From NCBI GenBank assembly GCA_964467385.1, contig CAYXQC010000001.1, positions 7,896-71,895 on the forward strand: DNA of 64,000 nt, written 5' to 3'. Both the position numbers and the translations under genes were made by a program. The notes below the pieces were generated by a model, which was not told where the DNA came from, made no database searches, and worked only from the letters and a program-made list of their open reading frames with translations. Positions 47,630-56,477 of this stretch are shown piece after piece (position 1 is the stretch's first letter; each line of letters starts with the position of its first letter). Source of the DNA: an uncultured Candidatus Saccharibacteria bacterium (GTDB lineage Bacteria > Patescibacteriota > Minisyncoccia > Phycocordibacterales > CAIZLB01).

Positions 47630-48991
47630 ATGTCTTTTTGTAAATCTGTCCCTAAGTTTTTTGCCTTCATTATTGCGCTGCTGATATTGGGCTTTGCTGG
47701 ATACACTACATATGTATCTGCTCAAGCTGCCGACCTGACCCCTGAACAAGAAGCTGCCCTCCGTGCACAACTTGCTGATATTGAAAAACAGATCAAAGAA
47801 CAACAGGATATTCTAAATACGAAAACTAGTGAAGCTGTAGGTTTTCAGCGTGATATCGATATCTTGAATGCTAAGATTAAGAAAGCGCAACTCCGTATTA
47901 AGGCTCAAGAGCTTTCAATCAATAAACTCGGTAAAGATATAAACATAAAAACAAACACTATTACAGCACTCGGGTCACGTATCGATCGTGGACGTGAATC
48001 TTTGGCTCAAATCATTTCGCGAACGCGAGAAATAGATAATTCAACATATGTAGAAGCAATACTTAGTAATAAAAATATCTCAGATTTTTTCCTCGATCTT
48101 GATTCTTTTGCCTCTATTAAACAATCACTTCAAACTCAACTCACAGATATTAAAGATGCTAAAACACAAAACGAAGTTGCCAAAAAAGAGCTCGATACGA
48201 AACGAAATGAGGAGATTGATACAAAGGTGAGTATTGAAAAAGAAAAGAAAGTAATCGAGGTGGCTGAGGCGGAAAAGAAGCGGCTCTTGGCTCTCAATAA
48301 AAACGAACAGCAGAATTACAAAACTTCAATTGCCAATAAAACTCAAGAAGCTAATAAAATCAGAAATCAGCTCTTCAAACTTCGAGATGCGGCTGCTATC
48401 AAGTTCGGAGACGCGGTGACGTATGCTAAAGCTGCAAGTAGTTTAACTGGTACGCGTGCAGCTTTTATTCTCGCGATTATTCAACAGGAAAGCAGTCTCG
48501 GTGTAAATGTGGGTCGATGTTATCTCACTGATGCTACAACGGGCGCGGGTGTCCATTCAAGTTCTGGAAGGGTGTATTCAAATCTGATGAAAGCGTCACG
48601 AGATGTTCAGCCTTTCTTGAAGATTACAGGTGCGCTTGGTAGAGATCCATATAAGACACTTGTTTCATGTCCGCTCGATGTGGGTTACGGTGGCGCCATG
48701 GGTCCAGCGCAGTTCATTCCTTCTACATGGGTACTTTTTGAAAAGCGTATTGCCTCAGCACTTCAAAAATCAGCTTCAGACCCTTGGAATCCACAGGATG
48801 CTTTCATGGCCTCAGGCTTCTATTTGAGCGATCTTGGTGCCTCAGCCCAAACATATACAGCTGAACGAAATGCTGCTTGTCGATACTATTCTGGCCGATC
48901 ATGTAGTGGTAGTAATACTTTCTATGGAAATCAGGTTATGGAACGGGTAAGTGCTATCCAGGCAAATATCGATATTTTGAACGGTATTTAG
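47630..48991 (+). CDS. Secreted coiled-coil protein with C-terminal MltB-like lytic transglycosylase domain
   Basis: Signal peptide, about 250 aa of heptad-rich region. C-terminal IIQQESS...GAMGPAQFIPSTW resembles the MltB motif GAMGQxQFmPsTw. Confidence 0.5.
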   Translation: MSFCKSVPKFFAFIIALLILGFAGYTTYVSAQAADLTPEQEAALRAQLADIEKQIKEQQDILNTKTSEAVGFQRDIDILNAKIKKAQLRIKAQELSINKLGKDINIKTNTITALGSRIDRGRESLAQIISRTREIDNSTYVEAILSNKNISDFFLDLDSFASIKQSLQTQLTDIKDAKTQNEVAKKELDTKRNEEIDTKVSIEKEKKVIEVAEAEKKRLLALNKNEQQNYKTSIANKTQEANKIRNQLFKLRDAAAIKFGDAVTYAKAASSLTGTRAAFILAIIQQESSLGVNVGRCYLTDATTGAGVHSSSGRVYSNLMKASRDVQPFLKITGALGRDPYKTLVSCPLDVGYGGAMGPAQFIPSTWVLFEKRIASALQKSASDPWNPQDAFMASGFYLSDLGASAQTYTAERNAACRYYSGRSCSGSNTFYGNQVMERVSAIQANIDILNGI

Positions 48992-49030
48992 TGTTATAGT
49001 TCGGTCTATCAAATTGATGTTACGGGCCAT

Positions 49031-49059
49031 TTGCCTAAAAACATCAAGTACGGTATAGT
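49031..49059 (+). promoter_or_regulatory. Putative promoter of rpmE (-35 TTGCCT, 17 nt, -10 TATAGT; ATG 9 nt downstream, leaderless-type)
   Basis: Hexamers and spacing by eye. Confidence 0.35.
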
Positions 49060-49067
49060 GTGTCCCT

Positions 49068-49292
49068 ATGAAAGCAGATATCCATCCTACATATAATCCA
49101 AAAGCAGTATTCACATGCGCGTGTGGAGCTTCTTATACTATTGGCTCAACCAAAGAATCAGTTCAGGTTGAAATTTGCGCAAAGTGTCACCCATTTTATA
49201 CAGGTGCTGAAAAGGTACTAGACTCAGCTGGACGAGTAGATAAGTTCAAGAATCGACAGGCTGCAGCAGCCAAGAAGGCCGCAAAGAAGTAG
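49068..49292 (+). CDS. rpmE: 50S ribosomal protein L31
   Basis: MKADIHPTY...CxC...CAKCHPFYTG. Confidence 0.85.
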   Translation: MKADIHPTYNPKAVFTCACGASYTIGSTKESVQVEICAKCHPFYTGAEKVLDSAGRVDKFKNRQAAAAKKAAKK

Positions 49293-49302
49293 CTACGAGA
49301 GG

Positions 49303-49340
49303 AAACCGCACATTCTTTTGAAAGGCGGTTTTTTCTTTTG
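49303..49340 (+). terminator. Hairpin plus T-tract terminator after rpmE
   Basis: aaaccgc...gcggtttttt. Confidence 0.4.
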
Positions 49341-49396
49341 CTATACTTTACATAAGTTAAATATCACACATAGACATTGTGTAGTTTCGAAAAAAA

Positions 49397-50419
49397 ATGG
49401 AAGAAATTCAATCACAACTCGACGAACTAAAAAAGAATCATAAGACAAGTTTTTTTGCTTATGAATTTGAAAAACTTCAGAAACAGAAAGAGGAGGTTTC
49501 TTTGATGCTGTCTGATCCAGCTAACGCCGCTGATCCTTCTATGGCAGATATGGCGAAAGAGGAAATTGCACTTCTTGATGAACAGATTAAAGGTATGGTT
49601 GAAAAAATTCAGGATATTATAAAGGAAGATGAGGAAGCAGATATGTTTCCATCAGAAATTATTCTTGAAGTTCGCGCCGGCGCAGGCGGAGAAGAGGCTG
49701 CACTTTTTGCGAGCCAGTTGGCTACCATGTATCAACGATATGCGGCTACTCAAGGGTGGAGTACAAAACTTGTGGATTCTTCTGAAACATCTATCGGAGG
49801 TTTTAAGCAAGCTTCATATGAAATGCGTGGTCATGAAATTTATAAGTATCTTCGATATGAAATGGGTGTACATCGAGTACAGAGAATTCCGGCTACAGAA
49901 AAATCTGGACGAATTCACACATCGACGGCTTCGATTGCTATCTTGCCAATGCGAAAGAAGGTGACACTTGATATTCCACCGTCAGATATTGAAATGGAGC
50001 TCTCACGATCTGGTGGTGCAGGGGGGCAAAATGTAAACAAAGTGGAAACTGCTGTGCGCTTGATTCACAAACCAACAGGCATCGATGTTCGATGTACATC
50101 GGAGCGAAGTCAGCTCAAAAACCGAGAACGAGCAATGCAGATTTTGCTTGCAAAGCTTGAACAGAAAAAGATGGAAGAAGAAGCGAGCAAATTCGCCAAA
50201 GACAGAAAAGATCAAATCGGAACAGGGGATCGATCTGAAAAAATTCGTACATATAATTTCCCTCAAGATCGCGTAACCGATCATCGAATCAAAGAATCTT
50301 GGCACAATATTGAGGGGAAAGGTGGAATCATGGAAGGTGGTATCCAACCGATTATTGACGCCCTTCTTCGAGCTGAGGCAGGCGGAGGTGTGGGTAATGC
50401 AGAAGAAACAGGGGATTAA
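49397..50419 (+). CDS. prfA: Peptide chain release factor 1
   Basis: PAT tripeptide motif (RF1 type, not SPF) and GGQ motif [10 protein letters not shown]. Confidence 0.9.
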   Translation: MEEIQSQLDELKKNHKTSFFAYEFEKLQKQKEEVSLMLSDPANAADPSMADMAKEEIALLDEQIKGMVEKIQDIIKEDEEADMFPSEIILEVRAGAGGEEAALFASQLATMYQRYAATQGWSTKLVDSSETSIGGFKQASYEMRGHEIYKYLRYEMGVHRVQRIPATEKSGRIHTSTASIAILPMRKKVTLDIPPSDIEMELSRSGGAGGQNVNKVETAVRLIHKPTGIDVRCTSERSQLKNRERAMQILLAKLEQKKMEEEASKFAKDRKDQIGTGDRSEKIRTYNFPQDRVTDHRIKESWHNIEGKGGIMEGGIQPIIDALLRAEAGGGVGNAEETGD

Positions 50420-50459
50420 TTACAGAACCCAATTAAATATGTGTTAAACTGGATGTACT

Positions 50460-50777
50460 ATGTCAGTTGAATTCGATGAAGAGAAAATAGCCATGAGTTA
50501 TAATGCTGCTCACACAGCAGAAGCTCAGTATCAACAAGCGGTCCAAGCAAGTAACTCTCCGGTGAAGCAGGTTGCCCTGCTCATATGCGCCGGTCTTTTC
50601 ATTGGCGGAGCTTTGTATATCCCACGACTTATTAACCCTCCAGAGGCAGAGCCGGTTGTATACCTTGAAGATCTTACAGAGGCACGAATGCGGCTTATTC
50701 CAGGTGATGTACGAGATGGGATTCTTTTAAATTTAAAATCAAGAAATCAGTTTCCACCAGGGGCAGAAAACCAATAA
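50460..50777 (+). CDS. Hypothetical small membrane protein
   Basis: One TM helix; no recognisable motif. Confidence 0.3.
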   Translation: MSVEFDEEKIAMSYNAAHTAEAQYQQAVQASNSPVKQVALLICAGLFIGGALYIPRLINPPEAEPVVYLEDLTEARMRLIPGDVRDGILLNLKSRNQFPPGAENQ

Positions 50778-50798
50778 CTAACCTCTATCATAAATACC

Positions 50799-51362
50799 AT
50801 GAAAAACTCCTCAAAAAAATCTAAAAAAAATCTAAAAAAACTGCAGACAACTGTGCATACTGGTTTTACTTTGATCGAGCTTATTGTAGTTATTGCCATT
50901 ATCGGCCTCCTCGGGTCTGTAATCATGACAAGTTTGGCGAAGTCGCGTGCTCGGGCGGAGATTGCAAAGGTTATGGTTGATTATAAATCAGTAGCAAATG
51001 CTCTTGAACTTTATAGACAGGAGAATGGTAATTATCCAGGTGCGGTAGCGACCCCTCTTGCAGTTACAACACTTGCCGCTGATCACCTTGGTGCCTATCT
51101 CAAGCAATCACCGAGTGTTTCTCCAAAAGTGGTGTCAGGATTTTCTTCTCCTGATGTGCTTTATTATCTAAATCCAACCGATGGGTCTAGTGATCGATAT
51201 TGGTGTGGTGATCCAAGTTCAACGCAGGATTACATTCTTTATTTTGAACCAACAAGCGACGCGGAAGAGTCAGGATTCTTTGGTACAGTGTATTCTGGGG
51301 AAGATGCAAATGATGCCACTCCTGTAGCAGGTGTTCTCTGTGTTGTCGTAAACCAGAAATAG
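50799..51362 (+). CDS. Type IV pilin-like protein (prepilin N-terminal cleavage/methylation domain)
   Basis: G|FTLIELIVVIAIIGLL after a 22-aa K-rich leader. Confidence 0.7.
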   Translation: MKNSSKKSKKNLKKLQTTVHTGFTLIELIVVIAIIGLLGSVIMTSLAKSRARAEIAKVMVDYKSVANALELYRQENGNYPGAVATPLAVTTLAADHLGAYLKQSPSVSPKVVSGFSSPDVLYYLNPTDGSSDRYWCGDPSSTQDYILYFEPTSDAEESGFFGTVYSGEDANDATPVAGVLCVVVNQK

Positions 51363-51485
51363 GCCCCTTAAAAACTTTAGCCTAGATACTAGATTAGCCT
51401 TAAAAATAAGGGTTATTTGCCCGTACGGTTGACCTTAAAGACTGGTTGCCACGGGGCTCTGGGTATGGTAGACTCTACCGTACTT

Positions 51486-52238
51486 ATGAAAGTAACCACA
51501 GAAAAAGAAAAAAACAGCAAGAATCCAGCCGTTGATGCGATGTTCAAGGTTGGTGCTCACTACGGATTTGTAAAGTCACGTAGACATCCTACAATCAAAC
51601 CTTTCATTTTCGGCGTTAAGAACCGGATTGAAATTTTTGATTTGGAAAAAACATCAGCACAGCTCGAGTCTGCACTCGAATTTATCAAGAAAATTGCATC
51701 TACAGGTAAGCAAGTAGTTTTCGTTGGCTCAAAGAGTGAAGCTCGACAGTCAGTTAAGGAAGCTGCTGAACGAATTGCACAGCCATTCGTTGCAAGTCGA
51801 TGGATTGGAGGAACTCTCACGAACTTCGAAGCTATTCGAAAGCGAGTTGAGAAACTTCTCGACCTTTCTTCACAGAAGGAAAAAAATGAACTTGCAAAGT
51901 TCACAAAGAAAGAGCGACTTATGATCGATCGAGAAATCGAACGACTCACAAACCTTTTTGGTGGTATTACCTCTATGAACCATCTTCCAGCTGCAATGAT
52001 TGTAGTTGACCCAAAGAAAGAACATATTGCGGTAGCTGAAGCTATTTGCCGAAATATCCCAGTTGTAGCACTTGCTGGCTCAGACTGTGATGTTTCAAAG
52101 ATTGCTTACCCTGTGGTTGCAAACGATGCTTCAGTAGACAGCGTTGCTTACTTCGCTGCGCAGTTCTCTAATGCATATGCAGAAGGTAAGAAGCTTGTGG
52201 TAAAGGAAACTCCTAAAACAGACGCTCCTCGAGCGTAA
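51486..52238 (+). CDS. rpsB: 30S ribosomal protein S2
   Basis: MFKVGAHYGF start region. The track's maximal ORF starts at a TTG at 51417; the ATG at 51486 is preferred. Confidence 0.9.
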   Translation: MKVTTEKEKNSKNPAVDAMFKVGAHYGFVKSRRHPTIKPFIFGVKNRIEIFDLEKTSAQLESALEFIKKIASTGKQVVFVGSKSEARQSVKEAAERIAQPFVASRWIGGTLTNFEAIRKRVEKLLDLSSQKEKNELAKFTKKERLMIDREIERLTNLFGGITSMNHLPAAMIVVDPKKEHIAVAEAICRNIPVVALAGSDCDVSKIAYPVVANDASVDSVAYFAAQFSNAYAEGKKLVVKETPKTDAPRA

Positions 52239-52371
52239 AGACTCTGGCCCGTAAGGGCTCTACCTCTTGAAAGCAGCAGGTCTATATTGATTATGAAATC
52301 CAGATAGTCCTGTCGTTTTCATTTAAAAATGATACAATTAAACACGTAACGACCAAACACCTAAAAACACT

Positions 52372-52965
52372 ATGGCAACTGAAATTTCAATGGATTTGAT
52401 TAAAGCGCTTCGAGACAAGACTGGTATCTCTGTGATGCAGTGTAAAAAGGCACTCGAAGAGGCTCAGGGTGACGAGGAAAAAGCGATGATTCTTCTTCGG
52501 AAAAAAGGTGCAGAAATTGCTGCAAAGAAAGGTGATCGAGAATTTGGTGCCGGTTCAGTGCAGGCCTATATTCATTCAAATGGAACTGTGGGTGCAATGG
52601 TTGAACTTGTATCAGAGACAGACTTCGTATCAAACAACGCTGAATTTAAGACTCTTGCATACGATATTGCGATGCATGTTTCGGCTACTAACCCTGAATT
52701 TATCAAGAAGGAAGAGGTAAATGAAGCCGCTCAAGCTAAGGCCAAAGAAGTGTTTGCTGCAGAAGTTGAAGGTAAACCTGAAAACCTCAAGGAACAAATT
52801 CTTGCAGGTAAGCTCGACGCATACTTCAAGGACAAGATTCTTCTCGAACAGCCATTCATCAAGAATCCTGATCTTACGATTAAGCAGTTGATCGAGAATG
52901 CTACTCAGAAGTTCGGTGAACGAATCGAAGTTCGAGAGTTCAAGCGAATGGCAATCGGAAAATAA
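52372..52965 (+). CDS. tsf: Elongation factor Ts
   Basis: LIKALRDKTGISVMQCKKALEEA UBA-like N-terminus. 197 aa. Confidence 0.9.
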   Translation: MATEISMDLIKALRDKTGISVMQCKKALEEAQGDEEKAMILLRKKGAEIAAKKGDREFGAGSVQAYIHSNGTVGAMVELVSETDFVSNNAEFKTLAYDIAMHVSATNPEFIKKEEVNEAAQAKAKEVFAAEVEGKPENLKEQILAGKLDAYFKDKILLEQPFIKNPDLTIKQLIENATQKFGERIEVREFKRMAIGK

Positions 52966-52974
52966 TCAACAATG

Positions 52975-53010
52975 GATGTCCGGCGTATATACGTCTGGAC
53001 ATCTTTTGTA
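52975..53010 (+). terminator. Long hairpin (gatgtcc...ggacatc with inner stem) plus T-tract terminator after tsf
   Basis: Seen in sequence. Confidence 0.5.
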
Positions 53011-53020
53011 CATAAAAACC

Positions 53021-53437
53021 ATGTTCATACCACTTATATATTCACTTGTAGGATTAATGTTTGCCCTCGCAATGCTCGGAAACAAAAGCCGAGAACTCAG
53101 CAGGGGTAGGGGTTTTTTAAAAAGTTCATCTACTAAAACAGACTCTTGGTGCCTTGCTGTATATGAGAAAATTAAAACTCTTGGTGGTTCTCTAAAAGTG
53201 GTCACTTCTCGGAAGGCAATCATCCGAGGTGTAGTAAAGTTTGAACAGTTTTGCGTGAAGATGTTCTCTCGACTTGCAAATAGGTTCACTATTGTTGGTG
53301 AAGTGATGATAGGAGGTAGTATTCCAAAAAACAGAGGGTCTGTATCGTTTTTCTTGAAAAATATCGAGGCCAGTAAGAAGCAAAAAGTTCATTCTGCTGC
53401 ACACTCTGGTGGTAGTCATAGCGATTTTACAAGATAA
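53021..53437 (+). CDS. Hypothetical small membrane protein (138 aa); may be spurious
   Basis: ORF after the tsf terminator with an N-terminal TM helix and no motif. Confidence 0.2.
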   Translation: MFIPLIYSLVGLMFALAMLGNKSRELSRGRGFLKSSSTKTDSWCLAVYEKIKTLGGSLKVVTSRKAIIRGVVKFEQFCVKMFSRLANRFTIVGEVMIGGSIPKNRGSVSFFLKNIEASKKQKVHSAAHSGGSHSDFTR

Positions 53438-53473
53438 AGTTTTTTTGCTAGACTTTCCATACAAATTATAAAT

Positions 53474-53546
53474 GCCACCTTAGCTCAGTTGGTAGAGCAA
53501 CTGTTTTGTAAACAGTGGGTCCCCAGTTCAAATCTGGGAGGTGGCT
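53474..53546 (+). tRNA. tRNA-Thr (anticodon UGU)
   Basis: Cloverleaf folded by eye: acceptor gccacct/aggtggc, D-arm gctc-agttggtag-gagc, anticodon stem actgt/acagt with loop ttTGTaa, T-arm cccag-ttcaaat-ctggg. CCA not encoded. Confidence 0.85.
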
Positions 53547-53562
53547 CCGTCATAAAGAAAAA

Positions 53563-53589
53563 CCTCGCTATGTGCGGGGTTTTTCTTTG
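53563..53589 (+). terminator. Hairpin (cctcgc-tatgt-gcgggg) plus T-tract terminator after the tRNA
   Basis: Seen in sequence. Confidence 0.45.
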
Positions 53590-53605
53590 CCTGTAAAATC
53601 ATACT

Positions 53606-53763
53606 AAAAAATATGTATGCCTTGCGAGGGTGAGTTTTGCCTGTCCGCTTTAAATGAAATTATTCTGATGAGCTGCTTGAAACTTGCGAACTGCCGTGAG
53701 TAGAGGAAAATTTCAGTAGAAATTTTCTGTTTTCACGCAACGAAGAGAAATAATTTTTATTAC
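53606..53763 (+). repeat. Composite repeat: A-type left end (53607-53630, aaaatatgtatgccttgcgagg) plus type D copy 2 (53667-53763)
   Basis: D copy about 90% identical to 20915-21006. It abuts the stop codon of the downstream minus-strand gene. Confidence 0.65.
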
Positions 53764-53764
53764 T

Positions 53765-55648
53765 TTAGTTCTTCGATGTACCGATTCCTCTTATGTAATC
53801 GATAGTATAATCTGCAGTTCCTTCTGTAACACAATCTTCACCATAGTACACTTCGCAGTCGCCACCTCCTTGTTGGAGACCTCCGATGACATTTACATTA
53901 GTGGTCCAGACATTTCTGTATTCTTTAAGACTTGATGTCGGCGGAGTATAAAGCATCTTCATGGTACTCTGTGTAGCTTTGTCATACACTTCGAGATATG
54001 TGGAGACGCTACAAGTACATACTATTGATCGAGTGATATAACCTCCAAAGTAGAGATTTTGACTATTGCCACCTGTACCAGTTGTCCCGCCAGAACTTGA
54101 GCCTCCTCCGAGACCACCTAGTGCACCAGCTCCTGAAGACCCTCCACTGCCGCTCGATGAACCACCTTTAACGAGTGGGTCACTTATGAACTTATGGAGT
54201 GGACTAATTTGTCGTAATTGTTCCAGAGCTGGGTCTGCTTGAGGTTTTACACTATCAAGTGGAGCCGTAGCTTGTGAGCCAGGGTTTGTAGTCAGTTGTG
54301 AAGTTGTGTTGTTTCCGCTCGTGTTTCCACTTGAACTATTCACACCTGTGCTGCCAGAGCTATTTGCAGTTGAACTTGCTCCAGCTTCGACGTCACGTCG
54401 GTAGATGGATGCAAAAAGTTCATTATTTGTATCTTTTCTTGTTGAAGTTGCACGCGGATCTACGAATTCTTGGATGGTTGTATTAATGCTTGGTGTGTCA
54501 GCGTTAGGGAATCTGATGACGTGAGTTACAGGAGTTGTACTTTTACCATTTTCATTTTTCACATTCATCACAACATTGATTTCCTGACCTTTGTATTTAT
54601 TGAATGCTTCCATGTAGTATGGCAGATTTCCGATTAAGAATGATGCAAGGCGGCGATCGGTTGATTGGATCTGTATGTTACCGAGATTTGTTTCAAGGGT
54701 ATTCTGCGTTGCGAAATTATTTCCATAGATAGTAATTTCATCATTCATATTAAACGATTTCAAAGGGAATACACCTTCGAGAATTGGTGAAAAAGTAGTT
54801 GGAATCTGTGGAGCGGTAAATGCAAGTGTTGAAGCTGATCCGTAGATATTTCCAGTACTCGAAGCAAGTTTTGCTGTGATAAGTGCAATATCGCTCCCGA
54901 TGACATTGAGATATATATCACCAGATGAAGTTGTGCCATACGTATTGATAAGGCCAATCTCGTACGTACCAGTCAAAAGGCTTGTTGGTACAGTAAATGT
55001 TATTTTTATACCATCTTCAGTAGAAGGGAAGATGCCAATTTTTTGTGAACCAAGGTATATGGTGTTTTTTGTCGGATGAAAATTTGCACCATAAATACTC
55101 ATCATCTGTCCTGCGAAGGCTTTGTATGTCGAAAAGAGGTTGATAAATGATTTGGTCCCCGGGGCGTATGTGATCGGAGAGGTGTCGGTTGGACCGCCTG
55201 TTGCTGTGCTTGTTGTTGTGTTTGAACCCGTACTCACTCCAATTGCGGTAGCGGTTGTGATGTTTTTCTCAAAAGCAATTTGATTAAGTTTTGTACGGGT
55301 CATAGAGCCTACAATTCCTGTAGGGTTGGGTAAACCAGCTGGCACTAAAATCTCATCTCTGTAGAGCTCTTGAAAGCGTTTTACGGCACTTTCAGTCTTT
55401 GCGCCAAAATAGTTAGTAAGTTGTCCAGGAGAACCTGCACCTGTAGCAGATACTGCGGTGCTTGAATTGGTGTTGAGTATGTATTGGAGATATGCGACAT
55501 CTGGGCTAACAGTGTCGCCTAGTTTAAGGTTACGTTGAAAAATATCTCCTGTCGCTGCAAATGTATCAGTGGTGACACTTTGACTAAATAAAAGGGTGGC
55601 AACAAGAATAATTATGAGAGAAGGTGAGGCTTTACCCAAAACGTGCAT
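53765..55648 (-). CDS. Secreted protein with N-terminal peptidoglycan-binding-like domain, T/S-rich linkers, G/S-rich region and C-terminal Cys-rich domain
   Basis: DVAYLQYILN...VKRFQELY (PG_binding_1-like), signal peptide, GGSSSGSGGSSG tract. Confidence 0.45.
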   Translation of the reverse strand: MHVLGKASPSLIIILVATLLFSQSVTTDTFAATGDIFQRNLKLGDTVSPDVAYLQYILNTNSSTAVSATGAGSPGQLTNYFGAKTESAVKRFQELYRDEILVPAGLPNPTGIVGSMTRTKLNQIAFEKNITTATAIGVSTGSNTTTSTATGGPTDTSPITYAPGTKSFINLFSTYKAFAGQMMSIYGANFHPTKNTIYLGSQKIGIFPSTEDGIKITFTVPTSLLTGTYEIGLINTYGTTSSGDIYLNVIGSDIALITAKLASSTGNIYGSASTLAFTAPQIPTTFSPILEGVFPLKSFNMNDEITIYGNNFATQNTLETNLGNIQIQSTDRRLASFLIGNLPYYMEAFNKYKGQEINVVMNVKNENGKSTTPVTHVIRFPNADTPSINTTIQEFVDPRATSTRKDTNNELFASIYRRDVEAGASSTANSSGSTGVNSSSGNTSGNNTTSQLTTNPGSQATAPLDSVKPQADPALEQLRQISPLHKFISDPLVKGGSSSGSGGSSGAGALGGLGGGSSSGGTTGTGGNSQNLYFGGYITRSIVCTCSVSTYLEVYDKATQSTMKMLYTPPTSSLKEYRNVWTTNVNVIGGLQQGGGDCEVYYGEDCVTEGTADYTIDYIRGIGTSKN

Positions 55649-55655
55649 ATAGCAC

Positions 55656-56474
55656 CTATTGTATCACAGCGGATGAGGTTGCTCCGCTCTGTGTTTTGTT
55701 CGCTTCTGAAGTTTTTGCTTGTTGTTTTTCTTGTTCGCGTAACTTATCAAGTTTCTTTATTTCAGGGATGATATTTTTCATATCTTCAACTGACTTGAAG
55801 CCTGTATATGTGTCATCGTTAAACACAAATGCGGGTAACTTTCGTGAATCAATCCTGTAGATAGATTTAAGGGTTTCTATTGCAGAAAGATCAAGATTTG
55901 TATCAAATGAATAAATCCGGAGTTCAGGATACTGTTCTCTAAGATATGTAAGGACATAGCTCATTTTTTCACATTCAGGGCAGTACTCTTTATTGCCGTA
56001 GAAGTAGAGAATAGAGATCGGTTTCGCACTACATTTTGAGGCGAGCTGCTTCATGAGTATAGAGTCTTTGATTTCGAGAAGGGAATAATATTTCTTTAAG
56101 TATTCAAGCTCTTCATTTTTGTCACCGTTGTTGTTTGATTCGAGGTAAGTGAGTTTTGTGGCGAGGGAATTAAGCTCTTGAGAGAGAATAGAACCATTAA
56201 CATTTTTACATGAAGTTTCTTTGAGAAGATTGAATTGTGTTTCAGAAGAAAGAAGGTCGAGCGAGATCTGATCCTGAATAGCTTTGGTATCGCCGAGCCG
56301 TTTTTCATCAAGAAGATTATTAACATACATAAATCCAGCGAAAATAATGGCTGTAATAATAAAGGTGATGATGTACTTGTTTTTGTCGATCGGTTCGCGC
56401 AAGTTTGTTTTTTCTTGGGTATTCATATTGTTATTTTGATTTGTATTCATGTTGTTGATGTTAATTATCTGCAA
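55656..56474 (-). CDS. Membrane-anchored thioredoxin-fold protein (CPEC motif)
   Basis: YFYGNKEYCPECEKM CxxC in a thioredoxin-like context. N-terminal TM helix. Confidence 0.5.
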   Translation of the reverse strand: MQIININNMNTNQNNNMNTQEKTNLREPIDKNKYIITFIITAIIFAGFMYVNNLLDEKRLGDTKAIQDQISLDLLSSETQFNLLKETSCKNVNGSILSQELNSLATKLTYLESNNNGDKNEELEYLKKYYSLLEIKDSILMKQLASKCSAKPISILYFYGNKEYCPECEKMSYVLTYLREQYPELRIYSFDTNLDLSAIETLKSIYRIDSRKLPAFVFNDDTYTGFKSVEDMKNIIPEIKKLDKLREQEKQQAKTSEANKTQSGATSSAVIQ

Positions 56475-56477
56475 ATC

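Noticed and set aside
52898-53437. Track ORF starting inside tsf (179 aa)
   Set aside because: The 5' part overlaps tsf and spans the tsf terminator hairpin. Only the post-terminator portion (53021-53437) is retained, and that at low confidence.
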